Assembly: GCA_050015075.1 (NCBI GenBank)
Contig: JBEKCB010000023.1
Span: 1 to 64,000 of the forward strand
DNA from: Candidatus Brocadiia bacterium
Lineage (GTDB): Bacteria; Planctomycetota; Brocadiia; CAIUPP01
Reading direction: 5' to 3'
Length of the DNA stretch: 64,000 bases
Shown here: positions 8,066-16,473 of the stretch, in pieces
Position numbering within the stretch: the first letter of the stretch is position 1
Layout of the letters: the number at the start of each line of letters is the position of its first letter
Notes under the pieces: model-generated
The model's database searches: none
Told to the model about the DNA's origin: nothing
What the model saw: the letters and a program-made list of their open reading frames with translations, nothing else
Position numbers and translations under genes: made by a program

Positions 8066-9673
8066 TCAGTGACCTGATTCGCCACCGGCGTCCGTCTGCC
8101 CCGAAGGGCCGTACATGGGAACAGTTGGGCCGGTTTCGGCCTTCGGGGTTGCGGACGTAACGGCCAATTGGCTGGTGAGTGCACCGGGGGCGAGAATGGC
8201 GCGGGCGAACTCTTGCTCGCTCACCGGAACCGGCTCGATGATAAGCTCCGGCAACTGATAAAGCTTCGCGAAGGAATCATAGAACGCCGGGTTCCTCTGC
8301 GGCAGAATGAACGGCTTCTGCGCCTTTCCGTTTTCATCAATATAGCTGAAGTACGGCCTGCCGAACAGGCCGTTTCCCCGCTTGCTGGTGAAAACGAGCC
8401 AGCGACTGTTGCTTGACCAGCAGTGCCACGACTCCGCCTGGTCGCTGTTACACTCCATGCGTCCATAGCGACCGGTCTTGAGGTCCATGAGGTACAGGTC
8501 GCTACTGGGCTGAAAAGTGGGGAACGTGCTGTAGTCTGACATGCAGAACACCAGGAAGCGGCCGTCCGGCGAGAACCTGGGCAAGCTGATGCTTAAGCCT
8601 GTGTCCTTGGAAGAAAGGACTGTCTCGACCTCGCCCCACGCGCCGGTCTCGACGTCAAATCCGATCCGCATCAAGTCGTACTTCACCTTGTCGTAATTCG
8701 GGGGCGGCACCTGATCGAAGTCGGTCCACGGCCTCGGCGCTTGGCAGAAGTACAGGTAGCGGCCGTCCGACGACCAGGCGGGCCACGTTTCCAGTTGGCC
8801 CGGCTGGGCGATCTTCGGGTTACTCGTCACCGTGTTGGTATCAACCCAGAACAGTTCCAAATACGAACCCATGTCTATGCCGTCGCGGACCTCTGTGCGC
8901 GCGTGATGGAAAAACTGCCGCACCTTGTTGACGGAGAAGGCGACCACCCGCCCGCTGGGATGCCAGGAGGCGAACCCGCCGGGCGCCGAGTTACTCTTCG
9001 TCCGCATGTCCACTTTCGTCAACACCCCTTTGCGCTCCAGCAGCATGCCCTGGTTGGGGCCTCTCACCTGGAGGAGCATGCTGTCGCTCTTATTGTTCAG
9101 AAAAGTGTGGCAGTTCATGCAGTGGGATACGCCGAAATCATTGTTGTCGAGGAGGACTGACTCGTCGTAGTCTTGCAGATTCCGCTGGCAGATGCTCATT
9201 TCAGAGTAGTTATTGTAAAGTGGGGGAATAAGCCGATAAACCAGGTATCCGTCAATCTCCTCTTTGGCGATGGTGTTGGAAATGCTCTCGAACCTCTGCC
9301 ACCGCCCGCCCTGAGGCATCGCACACACGTCAAAATGAAGTTCCTCCCCGCGATTCGCCGCCAGGAGTTTTCTCCACGGCCTCAAGGGGATCACAATACT
9401 CGGCGTAGAGCCCGAGATTTCTATGTCTTCTCCGCGCTTCGATGATATCCGGACATGGTATCCGGCGCCCGGCTCTTCCACCAGGAAGTTCAGTGGCGCG
9501 ATGTTGGGCGGGATCACACAGCCGGCGTAGTCGGGTCGTATGTGCGGCAGCCGATTCACGGGCGTTGCGTCGGCAACGTTCCGCGCGCCGGGCGCACGGC
9601 CGGAGAGGACAGCCCCGGCCGCCAACGCCACTGCGACGCAAAACGCCAACGCGTAAAGGAGCCGTTTCCTCAT
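8066..9673 (-). CDS. Secreted TolB-like/PD40 beta-propeller protein with a CxxCH motif
   Basis: Signal peptide; IPPNIAPLNF; CMNCH; PD40-type repeats SWHPSGR, PAWSSDGRYLYF, PRFSPDGRFLVF and WSSNSRWLVF; KPFILPQRNP. Confidence 0.8.
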   Translation of the reverse strand: MRKRLLYALAFCVAVALAAGAVLSGRAPGARNVADATPVNRLPHIRPDYAGCVIPPNIAPLNFLVEEPGAGYHVRISSKRGEDIEISGSTPSIVIPLRPWRKLLAANRGEELHFDVCAMPQGGRWQRFESISNTIAKEEIDGYLVYRLIPPLYNNYSEMSICQRNLQDYDESVLLDNNDFGVSHCMNCHTFLNNKSDSMLLQVRGPNQGMLLERKGVLTKVDMRTKSNSAPGGFASWHPSGRVVAFSVNKVRQFFHHARTEVRDGIDMGSYLELFWVDTNTVTSNPKIAQPGQLETWPAWSSDGRYLYFCQAPRPWTDFDQVPPPNYDKVKYDLMRIGFDVETGAWGEVETVLSSKDTGLSISLPRFSPDGRFLVFCMSDYSTFPTFQPSSDLYLMDLKTGRYGRMECNSDQAESWHCWSSNSRWLVFTSKRGNGLFGRPYFSYIDENGKAQKPFILPQRNPAFYDSFAKLYQLPELIIEPVPVSEQEFARAILAPGALTSQLAVTSATPKAETGPTVPMYGPSGQTDAGGESGH

Positions 9674-11622
9674 TCCTTCGGCGCTCCTTTCACGCGCGAC
9701 ATACGGAGGAGGCAGTACCAGAAGTACGTGTCGCGATGATCCTCCGCAGTTTCGATCATCGCGGACGCGACGTCGTCGCCATGGCGCGTGACAATTCTGC
9801 GGAAATCCGCGAACCGCTGCATTGTTTCGGGCCTGATGGTCCGCCCGTGCAGGTCAACCGGCTTCCCCGTGGCGGCGGTATAAATCAGTATCGCCTCTTC
9901 GTAATGCCGGGGAATCCCACGATACTCGAAATCATCAAGCCGGGAAATGTTTTGCGCCACTTTGTCCGGACGGCAGGCGAGCAGGTAGTAGGCCATCAGG
10001 TACTCAAAGGCCATTCGGTTTCTTCTGTTCGCTTTGAGAAGCTCCTGAAGCATGTCTTCGATGGAATGCCGTTCGACGCCGTCTTCCTTGATTCGCAACG
10101 AGCGCAGCCTCTGGACCTCGGGGTCGGCCGCGAAGCCGGGATCGGACTGAAGCCGTTCCAAATCTCTTCGCCCGGCGTCTCCATACACAAGGTCTTTGCT
10201 CAGGGCACCCAGGAACACGCGCGCGGCGCCCGTTTCCCCTTTGACGATATTGATCAACGCCAGCCGTTGCAATGTCGCCGGCCGCCCGGTGCTCAACTGC
10301 AGCAGTTCATGCGCCGCATGCTCCGACTCTTCCAGGTATCCCAGATCGAGCCAGAGGTCGCCTGCTGTGGTGAGAGCCAGGCAGATTCCGCTGCGGCTGA
10401 CGATGGGCACGAGGCCATCGGGGTCTTGCACATAGCGGAACATGTTCTCGGACAATTGATCGGTCTGATACAGGCTCCTGTTGATGTCGCAAATCAGCGG
10501 CTTGAAACCCGGCAGGCCATACTGCTCGACAGGAACACGCTCAGCTTCGCGCAGAATCTGTTGCCACATGCCATGCTGGGAATAGTAATCGAACTTGCCG
10601 ACCGTCCTGGCGTGCGCGTCCAACGAGTAATACAACGGGATGACGGCTAGAAGCGCAAGGAAAGGCGACTCCAACGACCGTTGTATCCGCGGCCACAGAC
10701 CGGGCGTTGTCGCCTGAACGGAGGAGCGGCCGGCCGGCTTTTCCGCGGAAGGCACGCGACCGGAAAAGAATCGGTTTCGGAGCGCAATCAAAACGCCCGC
10801 GGCGGGACAGTAAAGATACAGCCCAGCGAGCGCACCCGGCAGCGGAAGGGGAAGCAGCCGCATGGACGCCTGGATCGTATTAATCCGGAAGACGTATCGT
10901 TCGGCGAAAAACGCCAGGATCGGCGCCAGCGCCACGAAGGCCGTCCCCAGATGGACACGTCTTCTGGGCAGCAGCTCGAAGATCGCGCACAATGCCGCAA
11001 ATATGAGGCATGCCCCGGCCGTCAAATAGTAGGCCGCCGCGAATAGCGCCACGAATGTCAGGCTTGCCAGCCACCAGTTTCGAGGGGCGAGCCGCATGTA
11101 GAGGTTCGCGAGGAGCAATGCCGTCAGAAGAGCAACATCGGCGGCCAAAGCGTGCCTGAACTGGCCGCACAACATGAGCATCAGCACGGCGGGGACATAG
11201 TGGAGAACGCGCAGGCGCGTGCCGCCGAGATACTTGAACACCCCGGCCGTGGCCAGGCAAAGGAGGCCCGCAACCGAAGTGATGACCAGCGCCCCAAGCC
11301 ACGACCAATGATAGAGTTGCGAGAGGAAAGCCGACGCATAGTCGGCTGGGCCTCCCTGATAGGGCAGGAAACTCTTGAAGAATTCCATCCCCGTCGAGAA
11401 GCAAGGGAACTGCCGGGACGGCATGAAATAGCAGTACAGAAGCGCGGGGTCGAGGTACAGCCAGAGATAAAGGAAAACCGCGATGAAGAAGAGTGCAGAG
11501 AAAGCGGACATGCAGGCATGCGGCGAGTGGACGCTTCTCAGAAGCTTCGGGACTGCAGTTGACTTCGACCTTTGCCCAACGGTCTCAACCTTCGGGCCAC
11601 CCTTGTGCCGGATGCCATACAA
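9670..11622 (-). CDS. DUF6057-like multi-TM protein with a TPR-like C-terminal domain (copy 1)
   Basis: GGPADYASAFLSQLY, about 10 TM segments, LQRLALINIVKGE, NRMAFEYLMAYYLL, IPRHYEEAILIY and DTYFWY; the true start may be the later Met (MSAFS). Confidence 0.72.
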   Translation of the reverse strand: MYGIRHKGGPKVETVGQRSKSTAVPKLLRSVHSPHACMSAFSALFFIAVFLYLWLYLDPALLYCYFMPSRQFPCFSTGMEFFKSFLPYQGGPADYASAFLSQLYHWSWLGALVITSVAGLLCLATAGVFKYLGGTRLRVLHYVPAVLMLMLCGQFRHALAADVALLTALLLANLYMRLAPRNWWLASLTFVALFAAAYYLTAGACLIFAALCAIFELLPRRRVHLGTAFVALAPILAFFAERYVFRINTIQASMRLLPLPLPGALAGLYLYCPAAGVLIALRNRFFSGRVPSAEKPAGRSSVQATTPGLWPRIQRSLESPFLALLAVIPLYYSLDAHARTVGKFDYYSQHGMWQQILREAERVPVEQYGLPGFKPLICDINRSLYQTDQLSENMFRYVQDPDGLVPIVSRSGICLALTTAGDLWLDLGYLEESEHAAHELLQLSTGRPATLQRLALINIVKGETGAARVFLGALSKDLVYGDAGRRDLERLQSDPGFAADPEVQRLRSLRIKEDGVERHSIEDMLQELLKANRRNRMAFEYLMAYYLLACRPDKVAQNISRLDDFEYRGIPRHYEEAILIYTAATGKPVDLHGRTIRPETMQRFADFRRIVTRHGDDVASAMIETAEDHRDTYFWYCLLRMSRVKGAPKE

Positions 11623-11759
11623 AGCGATTATTGTCCTGGTTCAGCGTGAAAGGGACAACACCTCACGCCGGCAAGAGACTCTCAGAGTGGTCCGCTTCCG
11701 TTTCACCGGCGGGATCTAGTTTGCGCTTCCGCTTTCCTCCTGTCAAGCCTTTTTCGCCG
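11535..11759 (-). repeat. Duplicated promoter/leader region (copy 1; copy 2 at 13621-13846)
   Basis: Colinear similarity to 13621-13846, including TTGACA (11746-11741), 17 bp, CAAACT (11723-11718). Confidence 0.85.
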
Positions 11760-11812
11760 GAGCTGTGCGATGAGGTCGGCGCGGCTGAGCTGCGCCCGGA
11801 GTTTCCGCTTCC

Positions 11813-13708
11813 TCATTCCGGTTGCCGTCCCTTCATCGCCAGGGACCACCAGAAGAAACTGCCGCCATCGGCTCTTGCAATCTCTCTGAGGGCGCCTTCA
11901 TGATCGTTCCCGTGAGAAGCGATGATGTTGCAGACGCGCTGAAACCGTTCCAGAGTCTCCGGCCGGATGCGCCGGCCGTTCAGGTCAATCTGCTTGCCGG
12001 TGGCGGCTGTATAGACCAGTATCGCCTCCTCGTATGAGCACGGGATGGCGGCGTAGTCAAAGTCATCGAGACGATGGATGTTCAGGGCAAACTTATCGAG
12101 CTGACAGGACAGCAGGTAGTGACTCATCAGGTATTCGAACGCCATTCGATTCCGCCTGTTGGCCTCCAGGAGCGCCAGCAGCTTGTCTTCAACGGTACCG
12201 TAATCGCCGCTGTCCCGTGCGGGCCTTAAGGACCGCAAGCGCTGGACTTCCGGATCGGTGGAGAGCTGCGGGTCGGCCTGCAGACGCTCCAGGCCGCTCT
12301 TTCCCCACTGCCCGCTCACCGGGTCCAGCGCGAGGGCGGCGAGGAAGACGCGCGCGGCCCCCGTCTCACCCTTGACCATGTTGATCAGCGCGAGCCGCTG
12401 CAGGTTCCGCGGCCGCTCGCCATCCATTTCCAACGCCTCGCACGCCAGCAGCTCCGCCTCGGACACGTCTCCGAGTTCAAGCCAGATGTCGCCGGCTTCG
12501 CCGCCCCCGGTTGGCGTAATGCTGATAAGGCTGTCGGTGTGTTGAACATACTGAAACAGGCTGTCGGGCATCTGGCCGGTGTGATAGAGCGCCCGGTTGA
12601 CCTCATAATTGATCGCCCGATCGTATTGCGCGAGCGAGAGGCGGTCGGCTTCTTGAAGGATCTGCCGCCACCGGGCCTGGCTCGCCCAGCTTTCCATTCT
12701 AAAGTAGCTCCGCAAGCCCGTGTCCAGCGAGAAATAGACCGGAACGGCGGCCAGGATGACCAGGAGCGGCGATTCGAGCGCCCGTTTGAACCGCGTTCTC
12801 GAGGTCGCGCCTTCGGCCGCCGGCAACCGGCCTCCGCCGAATCGCGCCCGCAGGGCGATCAGCAATCCGACAACCGGACAGAAAAGGCACAGGCCAAGCG
12901 CGAGACTTGGAATCGGCGGTCTTTGCATCACATAGAAGGGGAGCAAGCGCAGAGATGCCTGGATCGTGCTGATCGGGAAGAGGCACCTCTCGGCGAGATA
13001 CGGAACGCCCGCGACACACCCGATGTAGCACGCGCCCAGAAAAGGCCGCCGCCGGGTCAACAATTCCAGAATTCCGCATAATACCGCAAAGACCAGATAC
13101 CCGCCGGCCGCGAGATAGTACACCGCAGCGGACAGAAGCAGGAATGCCGGCAACCGCAGCCAGGCAGATCGAGGCGCCCACCGCGCGTAGATATTCACGA
13201 AAAGCAATGCGGTCAGCAATGCCAGGACAGCGGCAATCCAATGGCCGTACAGGCTGTAAATCACCAGGAGAAGGACTGCCGGAACAAAGTAAAGAGCGCG
13301 CACCCGCGTGCCGCCCAGCGCCTGGAATACTCCGTAAGTGGCCAGGCAAAGCAGCCCGCCCAGCAGGGTGATGATCAACGAGCCGAGCCAGGACCAGTAG
13401 TACAACTGAGAGAGGAACGCCGCCAGGTACCCGATCGGTCCTCCCGGATACGGCAGTAAGCTCCCCAAGAACGCCGCGCCGCTCCGAAAGCAAGGGAACT
13501 CTCGCAACCGCGTGAAAGCCCAAAGCAGCGCGGGATCAATGCGCAACCAGAGATAGAGGAAAAACGAGAGGAAGAAGAGTGCGGAAAAAGCGGGCATGCG
13601 GGCGCGCTGCGACCAGACTCTTCTCAGAAGCTTCGGGAGCGCGGATGACTTCGTCCCTTGCCCAACAGTCTGGACTCTCGGGCCACCCTTATGCCGGATG
13701 CCATACAA
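11813..13708 (-). CDS. DUF6057-like multi-TM protein with a TPR-like C-terminal domain (copy 2, tandem paralog)
   Basis: Same motifs as 9670-11622 (GGPIGYLAAFLSQLY, LQRLALINMVKGETGAARVFL, NRRNRMAFEYLM). Confidence 0.72.
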   Translation of the reverse strand: MYGIRHKGGPRVQTVGQGTKSSALPKLLRRVWSQRARMPAFSALFFLSFFLYLWLRIDPALLWAFTRLREFPCFRSGAAFLGSLLPYPGGPIGYLAAFLSQLYYWSWLGSLIITLLGGLLCLATYGVFQALGGTRVRALYFVPAVLLLVIYSLYGHWIAAVLALLTALLFVNIYARWAPRSAWLRLPAFLLLSAAVYYLAAGGYLVFAVLCGILELLTRRRPFLGACYIGCVAGVPYLAERCLFPISTIQASLRLLPFYVMQRPPIPSLALGLCLFCPVVGLLIALRARFGGGRLPAAEGATSRTRFKRALESPLLVILAAVPVYFSLDTGLRSYFRMESWASQARWRQILQEADRLSLAQYDRAINYEVNRALYHTGQMPDSLFQYVQHTDSLISITPTGGGEAGDIWLELGDVSEAELLACEALEMDGERPRNLQRLALINMVKGETGAARVFLAALALDPVSGQWGKSGLERLQADPQLSTDPEVQRLRSLRPARDSGDYGTVEDKLLALLEANRRNRMAFEYLMSHYLLSCQLDKFALNIHRLDDFDYAAIPCSYEEAILVYTAATGKQIDLNGRRIRPETLERFQRVCNIIASHGNDHEGALREIARADGGSFFWWSLAMKGRQPE

Positions 13709-13846
13709 AGCGATTCTTGTCCTGGTTCAGCGTGAATCGGGCAAACGCATCAGGCCGGCAAGAGACTCTTCGGAGTGGTCCATTTTCGTTCCACCGGCGG
13801 GAGCAGTTTGCGCTTCCGATTTCCGCTTGTCAAGCCTTTTTCGCCG
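13621..13846 (-). repeat. Duplicated promoter/leader region (copy 2)
   Basis: TTGACA (13833-13828), 17 bp, CAAACT (13810-13805); leader colinear with 11535-11759. Confidence 0.85.
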
Positions 13847-13879
13847 TCGCCGCGCCGCATCTTCGCAGCCGAGTAACGT

Positions 13880-14836
13880 TCACTCCGTGATCGGCACCAG
13901 CAGCAGGGGGCGGTTGGCGTAGCTGGCGACTCGCGGGGCGACGCTGCCGGACCAGAAGGCGTCCATCGCTTCCTTCCGATGCGTGGCCATGACGATGAGG
14001 TCGGCGCCGCTGCGCTGCGCGGCCCGGCCGATGGCTTTGCGGACGTCGCCGCGACAGACTTCGCTGGTGACGGTGTGCCCGCCGGCTTGCTGGCACTGGA
14101 TATGGCCCGCGAGATACGCCTCGGCTTCCTGGCGCGCGATCTCCAGCACCGCGCGCGTGGCGCGCGGAAGGAGCAGGCCGACGGCGGCGTCGTTGCCGGG
14201 CAGGCTGCCGCGCGTGGCGACGACGAAGACGAGATGGATCTCGCTCCGGCAGGCCGCGGCGAGTTCGCCCGCCACCGGAAGCGCCTGCTCATGCGCCGGG
14301 TCGCCGTCGAGCGGCACCAGCAGGCGCCGGCAGGTGAATTCGTGCCCTCGTTCATCGGGCTTGCCCGCCGCAGCTTCCGCCTCCGACGAAGCTACGGCGG
14401 ACAAGTCGGCGAAGAAGGGCGGGACGAGCAGCACCGGCGTGGCGCCGCTGCCGACGATTCGCTGAGCGATGCTGCCGAACAATAGATTCCCCAGCCCGCT
14501 GCGCCCGTGCGTGCACATCACAATCAATGTCGCGGGCATTTCCTTCGCGTGTTCGAGGATGCTCGGCGCCACGTCGGCGATTTCGGGCGCGTGGGTATGG
14601 CAGGCGATCTCCGCGCCCGGCGGGAATGCGCGAGCGGCGGCGTCTTCCAGGTACGCGCGTGCTTCCTCCGGTTCGCGCAGGTGATGCTCGCCGTGGACCG
14701 TCGCCGGCGCGGCTCGCTCGATACAGTGCATCAGCGTGACGCGCGCACGAAGCCTCGGCGCCAGGTACGCGGCCGCCGCGAGCGCGGATTCCGCCATCCG
14801 CGAACCGTCCAGCGGAACGAGCAGATTTTGAAACAT
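13880..14836 (-). CDS. Universal stress protein with tandem USP domains
   Basis: Two units: LLVPLDGS...LIVMCTHGRSG...GSIA...PVLLVP and LLVPLDGD...LIVMATH...GSVA...PLLLVP. Confidence 0.92.
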   Translation of the reverse strand: MFQNLLVPLDGSRMAESALAAAAYLAPRLRARVTLMHCIERAAPATVHGEHHLREPEEARAYLEDAAARAFPPGAEIACHTHAPEIADVAPSILEHAKEMPATLIVMCTHGRSGLGNLLFGSIAQRIVGSGATPVLLVPPFFADLSAVASSEAEAAAGKPDERGHEFTCRRLLVPLDGDPAHEQALPVAGELAAACRSEIHLVFVVATRGSLPGNDAAVGLLLPRATRAVLEIARQEAEAYLAGHIQCQQAGGHTVTSEVCRGDVRKAIGRAAQRSGADLIVMATHRKEAMDAFWSGSVAPRVASYANRPLLLVPITE

Positions 14837-14840
14837 GGCC

Positions 14841-16154
14841 TCACCCCGTAAACAGTGCGCCGTAAATCAGGTACAGGTTCAGCGCCACGATCAGGACGGC
14901 CACCAGCGCGGCGACGTACGTTGTCGCGCGGCGATTGACCAGCACTCCCATCAGGTCGCCGCGCCGTGTGAAAAGGACCAGCGGCACGACGGCGAAGGGC
15001 AGCCCGAAGCTGAGGACGACCTGGCTGATGACCAGCGTGCGCGTCGGGTCGAGACCGAGCATGATGACGATCAGCGACGGCAGCATGGTCACCAGGCGGC
15101 GCAGCCAGACGGGGATGCCGCGGCGCAGGAACCCTTGCATGATGACCTGTCCGGCCATGGTGCCGACGGAGGCGGAGGAAAGGCCCGAGGCGACCAGCGA
15201 AATGGCGAAGACCACGCTCGCGGCGGATCCGAGCAGCGGCGTCAGCGTGCGGTGCGCCTCTTCGATCGTCGCCAAGTCGCTGTGCCCGTGGATGTGAAAG
15301 GTCGCGGCGGCCATGATGAGCATCGCGGCGTTGACCAGCCCGGCGATGCCCATCGCCACGGCGACGTCCCAAAGCTCAAACCGGAACAGCGCGCGCATCC
15401 GCACCGCGTCCCGCACGACGATCCGCCGCTGCGTAAGCGCCGAATGCAGGAAGATCACGTGCGGCATTACGGTCGCGCCGAGAATGCCGGTGGCCAGCAC
15501 GACGCCGTCAGTCCCGCCGAACCGCGGCAGCACCGCGCCGGCGGCGATCGAGCCCCAGTCCGGCCGGGCCAGCACCGTCTCGACGAGGTAGCTGACGGCG
15601 ATGACGCCGACGAAGGACGTGATGACCGCTTCGAGCGGCCGGAAGCCGTAACGTTCGAGGCCGAGAATGGCGAACGTCGCGATGCCCGTCAGGATGCCCG
15701 CCAGCCAGAGCGGAATCCCCAGCAGCAGGTTGAAGCCGACCGCCGCGCCCACGAACTCCGCCAGGTCCGTGGCCATGGCGACGACCTCCATCAACACCCA
15801 CATCGCCCAGACCGTGGAGGGACGGAACTGGTCGCGGCAGTGCTCGGCGAGGTTCTTGCCCGTGGCGATTCCCAGCTTGGCCGACAGGCTCTGCAGGAGC
15901 ATGGCCATCAGGTTGCTGGCGACCACGACCCAGAGCAGCAGGTATCCGTACTTCGAGCCGGCCTGAATGTTGGTGGCGTAGTTGCCCGGGTCCACGTAAG
16001 CGACGCTGGCGATGAAAGCCGGCCCCAGGAAAGGGAGAAGCCGGCCGAGCCAATGCTTCCCGCCGGCGCCGCTCAGCTCGCGCGACGCGGCGGCGAGCGT
16101 CGAAGCGTCGGCGGCTTTCGCGTCCCGGCCGCTCGGGCGGGAATCTGAATCCAT
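14841..16154 (-). CDS. mntH: Nramp family Mn2+/Fe2+ transporter MntH
   Basis: LGPAFIASVAYVDPGN (DPGN), GATVMPHVIFLHS (MPH) and SQVVLSF. The ORF-track extension to 16247 runs into the repeat element; the start is near MAMDSDS. Confidence 0.92.
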   Translation of the reverse strand: MDSDSRPSGRDAKAADASTLAAASRELSGAGGKHWLGRLLPFLGPAFIASVAYVDPGNYATNIQAGSKYGYLLLWVVVASNLMAMLLQSLSAKLGIATGKNLAEHCRDQFRPSTVWAMWVLMEVVAMATDLAEFVGAAVGFNLLLGIPLWLAGILTGIATFAILGLERYGFRPLEAVITSFVGVIAVSYLVETVLARPDWGSIAAGAVLPRFGGTDGVVLATGILGATVMPHVIFLHSALTQRRIVVRDAVRMRALFRFELWDVAVAMGIAGLVNAAMLIMAAATFHIHGHSDLATIEEAHRTLTPLLGSAASVVFAISLVASGLSSASVGTMAGQVIMQGFLRRGIPVWLRRLVTMLPSLIVIMLGLDPTRTLVISQVVLSFGLPFAVVPLVLFTRRGDLMGVLVNRRATTYVAALVAVLIVALNLYLIYGALFTG

Positions 16155-16202
16155 GGCCATCACCCGATGCCCTGTCCCGATCACCCCGGTTGCGGACCCT
16201 AG

Positions 16203-16340
16203 TGTTCGGTTGCGTAAATTGGCGTACCAATTTACGCAACTAAACACGGTTCAACGGCACACGCAAACCAGTATAACGACAAGGGTTGTCTCGGTCCTGC
16301 TTGCTTGCGGAAATGGTACGCCCATTTCCGCAAGTAAGCA
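16203..16340. mobile_element. 138-bp double-palindrome MITE-like element, copy A, flanked by CTAG repeats
   Basis: 109/138 nt identical to the reverse complement of 58091-58228 by hand alignment, no gaps; CTAG at 16199-16202 and 16341-16344. Confidence 0.75.
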
Positions 16341-16395
16341 CTAGCTATCTTTTCAACCGTGCGCGGCTTTGTCAACGGGTGGCGGCCGGTCATTC

Positions 16396-16424
16396 TTGAC
16401 ACGCGGTGGCGCGGCGGATAAACT
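16396..16424 (+). promoter_or_regulatory. Sigma70-type promoter
   Basis: TTGACA, 17 bp, TAAACT upstream of the ATG at 16474. Confidence 0.6.
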
Positions 16425-16473
16425 CGTGTTCTGTTTTCCCCCGGGTTCCACGGCTCCACGACAAGGTGAAGGC

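Noticed and set aside
16203-16246. Palindrome upstream of mntH as an MntR/DtxR box or Mn riboswitch
   Set aside because: It is much longer than such boxes, is part of a larger element, and recurs at nagA, which is unrelated to metal uptake.
16155-16247. N-terminal extension MFSCVNWYANLRN on MntH, and similar peptides in ORFs near 58188-58225
   Set aside because: These are translations of the palindromic 138-bp element, not a shared protein domain.
16250-16297. Linker of the 138-bp element as a dif/Xer site (ATAA...TT(A/G)T)
   Set aside because: The spacing exceeds the 6-bp dif core and there is no XerD arm resembling TTATGTTAAAT.
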